A stretch of DNA of 64,000 bases from Paraspadella gotoi (Eukaryota > Animalia > Chaetognatha), in NCBI GenBank assembly GCA_051294375.1, contig CM119264.1, forward strand, positions 23,568,858 to 23,632,857, written 5' to 3'. Shown here in pieces: positions 25,401 through 40,151 of the stretch (position 1 is its first letter; each line of letters starts with the position of its first letter). Both the position numbers and the translations under genes were made by a program. Under the pieces are notes generated by a model. The model was not told the origin of the DNA and did no database searches. It was given only the letters and a program-made list of their open reading frames with translations.

Positions 25401-28400
25401 ATTTTCGTGTTTGAGACTAGTGTGGAAGAAGAGAAGAAAAACGAATGGACGAGAAAGGAAGGGAGGAGTGGAAAAAAATAGAGGAAAAGAAAAAAACAAC
25501 ATGAGGGAAGAGACAAGAGAGGTGGCAAGATTGATGACCGAATAATTAAGGACGGAGGAACCAAAAGCAGTAGAAGCTGAAAAATTCAAGAAGAAAGATG
25601 GCGCCTTGAGAGGAGAAGAAAGGGAGAGAACCAGGAGGAGAGGAAGGGTTGTCCGATGTAGGAGGCTCAGAAGTTATTGAAGGTAAGAAAAAAAAAAGAA
25701 TGCTTAAAATAAAAATTAAACAGTACCGCCCTCATATTCAAAGCTTAATTGAATGACAAATTAAGGCTGGCTTCATTGAATGTATTACACTTAATTTATA
25801 AAAGTTTTAAAAAGTTATGTAATAAAGAACTTTTAAGCAAGCAAGATAGTTATTTTTGCTATTTTTATGCAGATAGAGGGATTAATAAAAGGATCAGGCT
25901 AACCATAATCTATTATGTCCAATTGATATGATATATAGTAGACAGAATCCAGTTAAATTAACATAATTAGCATGGTCCGCTGATAAGCAACCTTAACCAG
26001 GCTTGCATAGCTAAACAACATTGTTATACCAGGCGGAAAATGGTTAGCGCCCGTAAACCGTCCCTCTCAACTCATAGCTAAGGGCGGAATCAGACACGGT
26101 TAACCATTGGCAAATTGCCCGGAATAAATGGTAATATTCTTGATGAACCCTCTAGTCTATCGTGCCCAAGTCCGGACATCCAATGGAACTTTTGCCCGCC
26201 TCAGCTGGAATGAACGGTTTGTTGGAGCGACATGATAACTGGTCGTAGTCCCAAACCATTAAGATCTTTTTAAAGTGGTCATTGAATGCTATCTTCTGCT
26301 CCTCATTTTTATTAGTATAAAATTATTATAAATTAACCTATTTTATAAACTATGACATACCAAAAAATCATAAAATATTTAGTTTATTTCTAACAATTAC
26401 AATTATTATTTATAAGAGACTCTTTTAAAAATTTTATCGATCAAATATTAACGTCATAATTTTATCTCGATACTTATGAACTATTATTTCATGATTACGT
26501 AAGATGTCTAAATATCTAACCATTATTATAACTACTATAACTTTAGCGAGCAGTATAGAATAAACGCACGTCTGTCATCTCGTATGTGGAGACATTTCAA
26601 AATCCCTGGGCCAATACTAAAACATGTGTGGTTATTTCAATCAAGCAACAACCTAATTTAGCATTTGAAATAAAGAAAGCTCGACCTTTTTCGGTCCTTA
26701 TCTCGCTATAACCTTGTTTTTGCAAAAAAAAAATCATACCGTTTCTAATCTTCATTACATTATATATAGCTTTTTGCACCTTTATATTACAGCTTTTTAT
26801 ATCTCGCTATACGTGTTTAACTAAATTTTAAAGTGTTTATTATTAACGGGTACTTCGGCACCAACGATTACCCAAGATTAAACCTCTAAATTTTGTACAA
26901 AAAAAAACGATCGTATAACGAAGATTAAAAATTCAAGTTTTCGAATATTCGAAATTATTTTCATCTCGATTCATATGCGTTTTAAAAAAACTCTAGTGTT
27001 AACTAACATTCTCTAATTATTTATAGGGTCTTAGACGTTACTGCCATACGTTTTAAATACGCATATTAGTAGACTATTGTTCTTTCTGTCATTTTTTTTC
27101 TACGTCAGCGTCTGAATGTTATAATTGTTGTCCAACAATTATCCATATCTATTGTTCTACGTGCTTAATGTTTTTGTGATATCGCTTCGACACCTAAAAT
27201 TACATAATTTTCTTCAAAGCGAATAAAAACAATTAATACTGTGTATTGTCATGTCAGGATCCGCAGTGCAAGGAATAACTGCTTCAGGACGGTCATTTGT
27301 CGTAATATTTTTCTTCTTCATAAAGGTGTTTTTAATCTGATTAAGCGGTCCTACTGTCTAATTGCTATAACTAAGTTAATAATTTTAACACAACAGAGAC
27401 TTTGTGTCTTTTTTTATTTAATTATTGATTGATTTAATAATTTATTTTTTTCTTGTGAGAATTTCTCGTAATTAATATTTACTTTTTCTGTATTTTGCTC
27501 CACGCGTCAATATTATCTTTGTGCAATTAGGCATGTCCATACTAAAAAGATGTTCCTAGATTTTAGCTTTAAATAAAATCCATAGTATTTTACAGACTTG
27601 AACTCGTTCTACAGTGTGGATAAGGGTTAGTAAGGGTCTTCATTGTAATCTAGCGACTGGAAAATTGGGTGGATTCCTTTTCTTTTCTTATATTAATATC
27701 TTACGCTATTATTTCAACATAAATTCTTAATTACGTTTGTTTTAGTTGTCTCATTGTTTGTTAACAAACGTAGTATTCATATATTAAAAAAACTACGAGT
27801 AAATAATATTATATTGATCATGTATAGAGGTTGTGAAATTTACGGACAGGATAGTCGGAGATATGCAAATAAGAATTGAAGCATCGAGTTTACGTCCATC
27901 TCGGTTTTTATTCGTCATTTGCGTGGTGTAGTTTATGTGTTTCTTTTTTATACAGTATTCTTTAAAATTCTATGTATGACCTCGTGGACAGTATTATACA
28001 ATCATTATATGAAAAAGAGATTATATTCGTTAATATTTTACGAAATGGGTGTCGGTCAACTCTGATTGTGCCCTAGACATTATATTTTGCATATTTATCG
28101 CGGGCTAATGCTCCTTGATTAGACCTTGGCTGTCTCTATAAGATTCAGGAGATGGTATATATAAATTATTAGATGGAAACTTGATGAATATTCATCAGGT
28201 CTTCTTTTAAGTGATTTACACTAGGATAATTTTAAATAAATTTTATTAACATTATATATTTCAATTTAATCAAACGTTAATCTACAAATATTTTATATTT
28301 GGTCTTATGGCTAAGGTGGCAATAAAAGTTGCAAGGCGAGAGAATCTTCTCATTTATAATACTTTGTTGTGTTTTTTGTTACATCAAATTGAATAAAGTA

Positions 28401-31400
28401 AGATTACAATAACATGAATACTGCTGCTCATAAAATGTGTTCCACTGAAATAGAATATGTTTGTCTCGCGATTGAGAGAAAATATAGAGAACGAGTAAAT
28501 GAGATGATAGTATAGAAGTTTTCAATTACATCTGTTTTTCTTAGTCTCCACGGACACTTCAGATCGCATTACGTTAACGGTGGAGCAACAAGCAACACAA
28601 GTGACAACCTCTCAATATATAACTCATCAAGGATAAGGACAAATGAACATGATTTTCCTTTGAATCCAAACTTAATGCTGTGTCATCGTTGGCGGCGCTA
28701 GCCGGGCCTACGTCAACTTTGCGGGGCGCCGAACAATCCCGTGAAACTCGCTCGCACGGCGCCGCCCATGGTGGAATTCGGTTGAGTTGCAGCGAAATAA
28801 CCACTCATATTGGATGATACCCGGTGCAGTGGCGATTTCGTGACTTCTCAACAGGCAGTGAGCGATCGCTAATTTGGTGAGAGGTATGTGAGAGGCGTTC
28901 GTTCAGCATTTCATCAGGGACGTGAGCCGACTCGATGTGGAAGTGTGGGTAGGGTGAAGCGATTGTGATTCAATCAGGAGGTGAGCCGAAGCAATATTTA
29001 GGAAGCACACCTTGTGCGAGCATGGACGAAACTCTGCTCGCAGCGCGTTGTGTTGACTCTTCACAGATCCAGGGACCCCGGTGCTCTATGGCTGCCTAGA
29101 GAGGGTTAAAGAAGAGGTGTGAGCGGAAGACTAGAATTTTAGCGACTCGTTATCAGAGTCAGCGTCATACTAGTTTTCACGTGGATACGGTGCAGCGACG
29201 CTAATTTGGAGGTAGTGAGCGTTGTGATTTCACATTGAGTTGTAGCGAACTAATTTGGACGTACGTTGAGCGTTGTGATTTTCACTAGGAGCTGAGCGGA
29301 CGATAATGGAAGCGTAGTGCAGGGTGCTAATATTTTGAATCATTTAAAGGGTTCAGTGTCCTTCAACATTACATTTTGAGCGAGGAATCCAATACATATA
29401 TTCGTCTCTAGTGCTTCCGTCTCTCTCTCTGCCAGCAGAGTAAATATGGTTTCGATTTTTTAAATGTTGATCGATTTTTAAATTGCTTTATTTGCAGTAT
29501 TGTAGATGCTAAGATTGCGTTTAATCATTTATTTTTTGATTCGGTTTTTTTTTTAATTTGATTTGAAACATACCTTTGTTAATGGATAATTTAGAATAAG
29601 TCAAAATCATTAGAGTTTTCCAAATTATTATTAATTATCCATCTTCACGTTATTTTATTGTCTATACTTATAACAAAGATTGAAAGGACTCCTCTTCGTC
29701 TAATGCCAACCAACAGCGGAACCCGACGTTCCGTCTGTCATTGCCATCTCTCACGAAGACAAAAGTCGCAAGAGAAAGAAAAGTTCTTGCTCGGAATCTC
29801 GACGCTCGATTGCCACGGACGCATGAAACGTGGTAGCGCGCGTCGGAAATACGGGTCAGTCTGGCAGCTCTCGTGCTCTCGTGATGCGTGGTGCAGTGAA
29901 TCATTAAGTTCGGAGCTGCAATGAGAGGTCGTTGGGTCGGTCAATGATTAAAAAAATTTATGGAATTCAATCGAGACACAAGGGCTTCAAAATGCAAGAT
30001 TGAGGGGGTCTTTAGAATCACGCCCTGTGCATCTGCTGTCAGCACTATGAACTCCGTGCGCGCATATGCGTAAGCAGAATTTTTCGCAGGTGCATATGGT
30101 GCGGATAGGCTAGCTATCGTTCTGATACCTCGATAGACGGTGACAGCACAACTCCCAAGGCCTATTAAATTGGGCTTACGGCCGTTCTCACACATGCGCC
30201 GCATGAATGATTTAAAAGAGGGATAGAAGATACCGGCGTTGCCGATGGTTGTTAAGACTCTCAATTGGGGTTCTAGATTTCGCTGGTATGTGCACATGCT
30301 GCATGCTGGATGGCTTGTTACTCAATGAGCCACCCGCGGCTGGTCAGCGACGGCTGAAGGTGTCATGCTTTAGAGGCGGAGCTGGGGTGAACTGTCGAGC
30401 TAAGTCGTGGAGCTCCACGATAGTAATGTGGTCCGCTTATGGTAGGTTTCAATCGTTTTGCGCCGAGACTACACTATTACATAAATAGTGTATCCCTATA
30501 GAACCAGCAACTCCCATCATTCACATCCAGGTCATCAGTTAGTTGGATTAAATTCTCTTGATATTGGACATTATTTTATCATCCTTTTATCAGAACGTCT
30601 CCATGTCGGATATGAAATTCATCGGTCTAAAGAAAGAGACGCGAATTTAGCAAGAAAAAATCGAATTGAAGACACAGATAAAAAAGAACGTGGATCCATT
30701 CCAAAAACACAGCAGAACAGCGGAACCAGTCACGTAGTGAGTGTGATCTGTGAATCCTGTGCAACTGTTGGCTCCTTATTGGAATCTTTGCAAAGAATGC
30801 CCCAAACTAAAATCTACAAATCTAGACCCTCTACCATAAATAACTTCGTGATCCAAATTCTTGTAAGTTACTGATTTTCTTTTTTAAAACGTTAAGAGAA
30901 ACTAAGGAATTTCTATATTTTATTTTGGTCTGCTTATTTGTAGATTCCTTCTCTTTAAATCGCTAATAACTTACTGAACAACCCCCTTCAAACTCTTGTA
31001 GACTGGTCTACCTACACGTCACAAATTAAAGTTCTATAAATGAAGAAGTCATTTATCTCCTAGCTGAGATAATTCTATGCTACTTACCATTGAATGTACA
31101 GGGACCGTTCCCACTACCTAAAGTGTTGATCTCTCGCACAGCTGGGCAGCCGAGGCGGCAATTCTGCTAAGGCGTTACTTTAACTATCAATACACTCTGT
31201 ACACCTGGTATCTGGGCGTTCGCTGGCTGTCTGTCGTATCGTGCACGTCAACTACAATGTTTAACCTCAGCACAGCAGGATAGTCTACCTAGATTTTCAC
31301 TCAGGCTCGCTCGCGAGAATAATCCTCAAAATGGGACGTCAAGAGGTCAACGGGATCTACTGTGTTTTCCATGTAGTAATGATATGTCTACAATAACCTG

Positions 31401-33540
31401 ACTCGTGCGCATATCTCATCAATAATATATCACGCATACCTTCTACAGTTCTCTCTGTCTTCTTCGTCCCATACTGCTCAAATATATAGCATCTCATCTT
31501 AATCTCTCTACCATATAAAGGACAATATGTCACTCTTTGGATTATAGTTCTGCTCTTCTGATGATCCTGTCTTGCTGAGCCTTTACGCCGCATAGCGTAA
31601 CTTAACTTTGAGTAGATGTTGTATATTCCCGATACGCGTCAATATTAATTTATTTTTCATTGATGACCTCGGAAAATACATGTCAGGTAAATGCTCTTAT
31701 TCCTCATTCACGACTATTTTCTTCATGGGACGATAAGATGACGAGCGCCGTGGTCTTTGCGTATTTATTCAAGTATCTAATAGCGGTTGATCAGAAGGTA
31801 ATGGCTCTTCCCCCGCTGTTACACTCAGAGTATTCAACAGATTTTCATATACTTTAAAAAAATATGAATTGAACACGATGAAAAAATTTCACGACATATC
31901 CATTTGTGCGTTATCATGCCAAGCTTCTCTAATATCAGGACTCCTCTGAACGCGTGCTCCTCTGTATCTAGCATGTTTCCTCCGAGTACTGCGTCGCCGC
32001 ATGACTGCTCACGTGCCGTGATACTTTCCTCAGTCTCAAAGATCTGCCCTTCTCTCCCCCTATAACTCATTAAGAGATATATTCAACACCACAATATCAT
32101 CCATGTAACTCTTACTTAGTTTAGCTGTACGAATAAGCCTGTCTAATCTATTCACTTGGTATTGGCAACTCTCAGTCAAATCGATTAATGCAAAGCTATC
32201 TTGATCTGGGGGCTATATATCTGAATAATTAAAAAAGGTACACTTAGCACTTCCCTCGCTCGAATCTTCACGTAGGTTTTTTGTGGTATGACTACTTTTT
32301 CTTACTTCTTTCTCCCTCTCTTTGCTTCCCTCTATACTTCATCACCTTACTTTTACAGTTTACTGCAGTCTATAAATATTGGTCGACCTCCGTGGGCTCT
32401 CAATCCCTATTGCCGATATATATCCATCATCTCACTAAACTCGTCAGATTCCACACACCTCTTCCGCTCTCTAGCTTTATGACCGCTCCCCAATGCCCAC
32501 TTAGTTCCCATGCTCAGCGTCGACTGTCTACTCCTCCTGCCTCTTCCGTCTATCTGGACACGGGTGCAGTCGTCTCTCGCTCATGCGACCCGCGCACCCT
32601 GCGTCCCTCCTCTCCCTCTCCCTACTGCTGCCTCTCCTCCAATGCCGCCGCATAGAGTCCTATCGTCCATTCTTAATTATGCTCATGCCGTCGCGAAGCG
32701 CGTCGAACGGGCTCCGCCCGCCAACGCAACTCGATAGATGGACCGTCGTGTGAGCTCGAGTGCGCTCGCCTCCTTACCGCCCTCGACGCGTCTCAGAAGA
32801 GTGACAAGAGAAACCCTCCCGATCTTCGCACACTTGAGCCCCGACTCCTGACTCTGCACGACTTCGCACTACCTGCAGAGTTATACTTCCGCCGTACGTT
32901 CCTCGAGAATTGCACGAATCCCGAATCTCACCTCCTACGCATGCGCAGCTCTAACCGTGTAGAGAGACTATGCTTAGGTCCCTCATCGTCCATGCTCCGC
33001 ATTGATGTTCCTCTGGATCTCGTGTACAAGACAGAATCCTTTCGAAAAGAGTCGATTGCGGTGAATGACTGACAGCAGAGAAAGAGTCTTCCTTCGGATC
33101 TGACGTAGTAGTGCTCTGCTATCACATAAGTACTTTACTCTTCTATAATAATCCACTCTCTAGTACTACTTAGTGATGCAGACAATTTGAGTATACGCGT
33201 CGCTGGGTTCTCGATCGAATGACAATAGGTTGGATTACATCGCTTCCTCATTCCACATGGGAACTCAAATCTTCCCGGACGAAATGCTCCGTCTATATAT
33301 CTCTATATATATCGCTGCGGAATCCCGCTCATTTCAGAGGCAGATGATGCCGCACATTACTGATGTGAAGTACCTCGCTCCTTTTCGGTATGCATTAATT
33401 GTCGAGTGCTTTTGTCAACTCTCTGCTCTCTTAATACGGATGTACGTATAAAGGATGAAAATATCTCATATCAGTCTCTCTCTGCAGATCACTCGATGCG
33501 ACTCTCGTCATAACCTCTACAACTGTGATAGTCTCTCTTC
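22500..33540. other. Low-quality gap-fill sequence (probably uncorrected long read); no supportable genes
   Basis: Lies between two copies of the same block. Only short ORFs without motifs. Recognisable repeat pieces inside it are heavily indel-degraded. Confidence 0.55.
28780..29340. repeat. Degraded tandem repeat, unit roughly 50-60 bp (gagcgttgtgatttcac...gcagcgaactaatttgga)
   Basis: The motifs gagcgttgtgattt and gcgaactaatttgga recur at regular spacing. The exact unit cannot be resolved. Confidence 0.45.
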
Positions 33541-34214
33541 TCTCCTCCGTTCTTTTTCGATTTTATTCAGCAAAAGGGCATCGATGTCTCGAAAATTATT
33601 CGCGTATTTTTTTATTTGCAATCAACTTTTAACTTTTCTGTGCCGATTGAGGCACGTTTAGATCATATCGTCTAGGTAAAAATATAAACATTTCAAGTTG
33701 GTAATTTTTTGAATAATGGCCCCGTAGTATCAATCGAGAACCTTGCCGATAACTACGTACTAAGTACTCAGCGTCTCAGCGAAGTTATCGAATTCCGTGG
33801 GAAAATTGATGTTTCCTGGATCGAGAGAGCTTACTCTTTCAAATTAGTAGGAGGAACGAGAAGAGGAAGAAGTGTGTGTGGATCAAGGGGAAACAGTGAG
33901 AGCGAAGTTTTTTTGTTTCAGTAGTAAATATCAATTAGTTTTATTTTTATAGAATAACAGTAAGAGGGCAAAAAATAGGTAAATTTGAGAGGGAATAAAC
34001 TTGAAAAATTAGAAAGAGAGAGGCTGAGAGAAAGATACAGGGAGAGAACCAACAGTCTACGTAATTCCGAAACACCGTCACAGAATATCTGTTTTCGTCC
34101 AAATTAGACGCTGCTTGACGCGAGGGAATGACGTCAACGCTGGTCGTTGCGACCTGATATTCTTGAGCGTCGAATAGAAACGGCGATGCCCGAATCAATC
34201 ATTATAAATATATT

Positions 34215-34915
34215 ACGAGTAAGCACTTGGCATTTCCCAAGCGGGTCTCTTCCGGATCCAAGCATATCAAACTCTACAAAGTATACCCTGGCAACCTATG
34301 ACAGGTCCAATGACCCGACTTTATCGTCAACGTCCTCTCCATTTGCCCGCGCGGGGGGGGCCAGCTTCATTTTTTAGCTCTTTCTTTTACTTTACTTCAC
34401 TTTTCTTCACTATCTATCCCCTCACCACTTATTTTCTATTTCAAATATTTCACTTTATTCTACAACTTATTAATTTCTAATTGTTAACCATTAATTTCAG
34501 TTTATGTTTAGATTTCATGCATTTTATCTCTGTTGTACATTGCTAAATTATTGTTAAAGATTTTTTGCTTTGTATCTCTCTCTCTCTCTCTCTCTACTCT
34601 CTCTCCCACTCTCATTTCATTTTTCAAAGACTACTTCTTCTCTCCTACCTTCAGCTGTCCTCAAGATCTGACCACTGTCCCTTTACCTCTTATTCCCTTT
34701 GGTTGGAAATCTTCCCTCAATTTCTCTCTCATCTCTCCTCTCTTTCTCTGCTCTCAAAAACTTACTACTTCACAGAGACAAAATATTGATTGTCAAACAC
34801 TGATGAAGGCTCTAAATGAATGAGCCGAAACCACATAGTCTACTAAATTGTGTCAAATAAATCGTTGTCAAACCAAAAACTGTTTTTTTCTTTCTTTATT
34901 TTTTTTTAATTATTA
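34215..34915 (+). mobile_element. ~700-bp insertion carrying a hammerhead core near its 3' end (Penelope-like/retrozyme-type fragment)
   Basis: Absent from the other copy (junction ~16980). CT-rich body, hammerhead core at 34800-34831, then AATAAA and a T-rich tail. Confidence 0.55.
34795..34855 (+). ncRNA. Hammerhead ribozyme-like core (possibly degenerate)
   Basis: CTGATGA-A-GGCTC-taaatgaat-GAGCC-GAAAC followed by GTC triplets. Helix I is not convincingly formed. Confidence 0.5.
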
Positions 34916-35882
34916 TAATTAAAAAATTTATTATTTAATTAAATATTAAATATTATCATATTAACAATTTAAAGAAAACCTAACAGGATCCTACAGGTCT
35001 GTTGTATGTGCGTAAAACGATCGCTACTTAAATGTTTGAAGAGTGTCCTCTATTTTTTTGCACAGGACTGTAATGGGTACAGACAAACGATAAAATCCCA
35101 CAGAAAGTGATGGGAAATGGAAGACAAATCCTGTTAGTAGAGAGTACATTTTTGAGTGAATGGAAAAAAATTGAAAAAAAAGAAGAAAAACTTAAACATT
35201 AAAGGGTACAGTGCCACTCCATCGAGAAAGTGTAAACAAAATAAACTAAAAAAATCGATAAAAGTGATATGAAGGAACTGAAATGAAAAGGAGGAAAAAA
35301 AGAGACAGAAAATATAAAGAGAAAAGCAAAAAAAATAAAAAAGGAAGGAAGAAGAAGAGAAGGAATAAGGAAGGAATTTTTGTCATTCCCGGAGACAAAG
35401 CGGAGTTAAGCGATGGTAAATGAGCAGGAGTTCCGGGCGAAGAAGTTTCCGAGGAGAAGTACAAGAGATTAATCATCATCAAGGACAGGAAAAGAGAGAG
35501 AGAGAAAAGAGGAGGGGAGATGTGAGAGGGAAAGGGGGGTATGAGAAAGTTAAAAAAGGAAGGAGAATAGAAAAAAAAGGGTAGAAAAAGTGGAAAGGGA
35601 AGTGGAAGGGGAGGAAGAGGATGAGAGAAAAACAAGAAAAAGGAAATAAGGGAAGGAGGGAAAGATAAGGAAAGAAGAAATTAAAGCGACATAATGAAAA
35701 GTATGATAGGATGAGGAGAAATAAAACGTAAAGATGAGGAACGTTGATGTTGTATTAGTGAAAAAAAAAATAGAGAAGGACAGAAAGGTTTGGACGAGGA
35801 TGGATCTCAATAAGAGATACCAATGATGGAAAAAAATGAAGGGAAAGACCCTAGGTCCCGGACGAGAGTCAACACATTTCAT

Positions 35883-35948
<66 letters not shown>

Positions 35949-38900
35949 GTTAAGCCTCTACTTGATTGAAAAGAGTGATTTGTGCGGATCTCTCTCGATT
36001 CCAACTCCCGCGCGAGGAAACGAGTTGTCTTCTGCTTTTCATTACTTAACTCATATCTGTGACCGTAAGGATAATGAAGACGACGACGACGATGTTGTCC
36101 TTTCTCCTTGGTACATGTCTTTTCACAAGTCCTCTCTACGTCGTTAGGAATAAAACATCCGCTTTCTTTCTTTTCTTTGTCTCTTTTTTTATTCATTCTC
36201 TTGTTGTTTCTGATGCTTATCTTTCTTTAGATTTTCTTTCGTATTGTTTCTTTCTTTTTATGATCTGACCATAGATGAAATGTAATTTTTTAGTAAGACG
36301 GAGAAAGAGAGAGAGAGAGAGAGAGAGAGTGTGCAAAAAAAGAAGAGCGATAACTTTTTAAGTTCCAAGTAGATCCACCATGGGTCACGATTTCTGCTTC
36401 ACACTTGGCGTCGACNNNNNNNNNNTTTTTCACCTTTTGATTTTTTCTTTTCTTATTTTCTTTCATTTTTTTCTCTCCCTTGTTCTTTCCTTTCTCTGGA
36501 CCTTTACTCCCCCATCATTCCTCACTTACCCAGTGTCTGGTTTCAATAACTATTTTTCTTTTTTCCTTTTATTCCGTTTATTGTTTCTCACCCCGCGTCA
36601 TTCTTTCTGAAGGTCGAAAATTTTAAGTGTTCACTCTTCGCCTTTTTTCTTTTGAACCGCGCGTGAAAAAACCCCCCAATTCTTTTCATGTCACTTGTTT
36701 TAAAAAAAATTTAAAGCTGGATCTGAATTTACTTGTCTTCCCTTTATTTGCGTAAACTTCAAAAACTTTTTCTCTCTCGTCATAACTTTCCGTTAAGAAA
36801 CACAGTAGGCACACAACCTTTCTTTCAAAATAAACAAAACTTCAAAACATCGCCTTTTTAAAATGTTCAAATTTTTAAAGTTACATAAGAGTTGATATTT
36901 TAAAAGCTTGTTAAATTTTAGAATGTTAATAAATTTAGAAAGATTCCTAAAGCTTGCTCTCTCTATTTCGCTCCCTTTCTCTCTCATTTCGTTCTCAATA
37001 TCACTTCCTGTGTCCACCTATAATTTAACCTTCGGTCACAAACGAAAAAAAAAATGGACGACGATCACACAGAGTGGAAATGAAGGGCAAGGTCCGTCTA
37101 GAGAGCGAAATTTCTTCAGTCTGTCTGTCTGGCCGTTTCGTCTGTGTCTCTTACACAATGAAATATCTAACGTTGGTGTCTGCAACTTTTTTAAATTCTT
37201 TTAAACTTATCAATAAAAGCAATATAAAGATTATGCATTCATTTAATAAATAAGCTTTCTTAGCTCATGAATTTCGACAGTCTGTGGACTAGTAATGTTA
37301 TTTACATACTTGTACGTACTTGTACTTTCTAAAATCGATCTCATTCTAATACTGTCTCTCCTCATCTTATCTCTCCACATCCCTTTTTCTTCCCCATCCC
37401 CCTCACCGACAGAAATTCAATTTTGACTAAGGGGTCATTCTCTCGTTTTAAGAAATTCTGAGCACGGCGGGTCTTCCTCTCTCCCAGGTCACGGGCACGC
37501 CGGGTCTTCCTCTCTCCCAGGTCACAGGCCTTTTCCTAATCTCTGGCTAAACCAAAACTCGGAATAAAAAACGAGGATCCTCATTCTGTTTCGCTCGCGG
37601 GGAAGGGAGGGTGGGAAGGGAGGGAGGAAGAGAGGAAAGGAGGAAAAAAATCAAGAGGAAGGATGGGAAGAAAGAAAAGAAAAATAGAAAAAATATTGGT
37701 TGATAAAAAGGCAAATATAAATAAAGCGTGAGGAGGAAATGATCGAAAAATGATAAAAAGATTTTGTTACACAATTTTTCTGCTCATCGATTGTTTAGAA
37801 TAGGGTAGTAAGCTATACAATAAGTTAATAAATATACAAATGTAGATTGACCGCGATATATACTAGAGCTACCTCAAGGTTAGAAAGATGGAGATATAGA
37901 GATAAAGAGAGAAGGGAATAGAGAAAGAGAGAGGGTAAGAGAGAGAGAGAAAGAGAGAGAGAGAGGACGAACGCAAAGAACCTTGAATTATTTTTTTCAT
38001 TCAATTTTTAATTTTTTTTTGTGAATTTACATTTTTTGTGTTGAAGATGACGAAAAAAAAGAGAAGAAGAAAGAAGGAGACGAATAAAAGGAGAAAACAA
38101 AGAAGAATAAAAGGAAAAAAGATATGAAGGTGAAGATGAAAAGAAAAAAAAAGAATTTAATAAAAATAAGAGAATAATTGACACTATTTCAAATAAAATA
38201 GAATACATTTTAACCCTTCAAAATTAACCATATTAATAATAAACCAATTGGGCAGAATGCGATTCAAATGTAAAATATCCTTTTTCCTATTTTCCCTTNN
38301 NNNNNNNNNNNNNNNNNNNNNNNTAATGTCCAATCATTAACCCCCTTCTTTCCCCCCACCCGTCCGCCTTTTTAACCCCACCCTCTTCCAGCTTCCCCCC
38401 CCCCCCAATCTCGATTGTTGTGCCCTCTCTGATTTATCATGGGAAATCTTCCATTGTCGCGGTTGGCCGCTTCGCCGCCGCCACCTCCGCAGTCGTCGCC
38501 GTCATCGTCGTCGTCGTCGTCACCGACTTCCTAATCAGGATGATGATTCTTGGGGCGGATCACCTTCTGTTGCGAACGACTTTCAGTTGTTTTTTTTTTT
38601 TGTTCTCTTTTCGTTTTTTTTTTCAGTTTTTGCTCTCTCTCGTTTTTTTTTCTCGTTTTCAAGTGATTTTCCTTCGAGAATTTTCTTTTTGAGCTTTTTG
38701 TATCAGGTTGTTTCCTACGTCTACGTAATCTCTCAAAGTCAGACAGAGGAATTCCGATGCCGTTGCCTACAGATGGCGTCGAGGTTGCTTTATTTTTTTC
38801 ACGACAGATTAGCCATAGACGTCCGGTTTGGGACGCCACCTGTGGGATCAATTTCCTTCTCAGCCATCTCCTTCAACAACATCTACTCGCGCTTTGATCC

Positions 38901-40074
38901 CATCGTTTAATCGCCTTCTCGGTCTATTTTAGTTCTTCTTAAAAATCTCAATCTTTGCCAAACGCTATCGAGCCTCTCCTCTTTTTATCCCACTTACCAG
39001 TCGCCACTCCTCACCCCCTCAACACTCTTAACTCACTCGCCCTACGTCCATTAACAAAAAATTTAAAGCTGGATCTGAATTTACTTGTCTTCCCTTTATT
39101 TGCGTAAACTTCAAAAACTTTTTCTCTCTCGTCATAACTTTCCGTTAAGAAACACAGTAGGCACACAACCTTTCTTTCAAAATAAACAAAACTTCAAAAC
39201 ATCGCCTTTTTAAAATGTTCAAATTTTTAAAGTTACATAAGAGTTGATATTTTAAAAGCTTGTTAAATTTTAGAATGTTAATAAATTTAGAAANNNNNNN
39301 NNNNNNNNNNNNNNNNNNNNNNNNNNNNNNNNNNNNNNNNNNNNNNNNNNNNNNNNNNNNNNNNNNNNNNNNNNNNNNNNNNNNNNNNNNNNNAAAAAAA
39401 AGAGAGAATGTGGGAACAGAGGAAGGGAAAAGTAAAGAGAAAGAGAGTGGACGGTGGTGGTGACTCCGCCCAACTGAAGAAAGATGAGACAAAAGGGGGA
39501 AAAGTGGAAAGGCCAGAAGGAAAAAAAAAACCAGGAAAATTAGGGGATGGGAGTTTGGAATGATTGATGAAAGATCGGTCTCAGCTTCTGAGGCCAAACT
39601 CTCAAATTAACCGTCTCGAACTTACCCTCCCCTCCCCCCCGCCGCCGCCGACGCCCCCCTAGCTTTCAGTTCTGGGATCGAAAAAGAAAATATTTCCACA
39701 TGAAGTTCTTCTCTCTATTTTTTTTTCTGCAAAAAAGTGAACTGCTTTTTTAAAGTAAAAGTTTAGAAAACTAAATTCAATAAAAAAGAGGAGAACTTTC
39801 CAGAGAATCTTTAGAAATACCTAGAAAGCTTATTTTGTGAGGATCATTTGTCAAATAAAAATTTTCCTCATTTCTTTATTCGTTATTTTATTGCAGTGAA
39901 ATCTCGGATTCTGAAATTATCTGACTCCCCGACGCATTTTTTGTATATAATTGTACATAGAATGTTCTCATTTGCATAAATTAAGGGAAACTTAAAAATT
40001 CAACTTTTAAAAAGTCGGAAATGAATTCGGCCCTTGAGCAAATATCATAACAACAGGCTTTACCAAAGAAGATG

Positions 40075-40151
<77 letters not shown>

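Larger units (their letters stand above)
33549..37950 (+). repeat. Second copy of the block 16287-17049 + 19277-22470 (alternative haplotype or gap-fill duplicate)
   Basis: Collinear shared text, e.g. ttcgattttattcagcaaaagggcatcgatgt, cctacaggtctgttgtatgtgcgtaaaacg and ccctcaccgacagaaattcaattttgactaagg. Confidence 0.9.

Noticed and set aside
22500-33540. Possible foreign or viral insert
   Set aside because: No ORF with a recognisable domain, and the sequence quality appears too low to support any call.
35416-35430. In-frame TGA (…DGK*AGVPGEE…) as selenocysteine
   Set aside because: No recognisable selenoprotein motif, no supported upstream frame and no SECIS identified.
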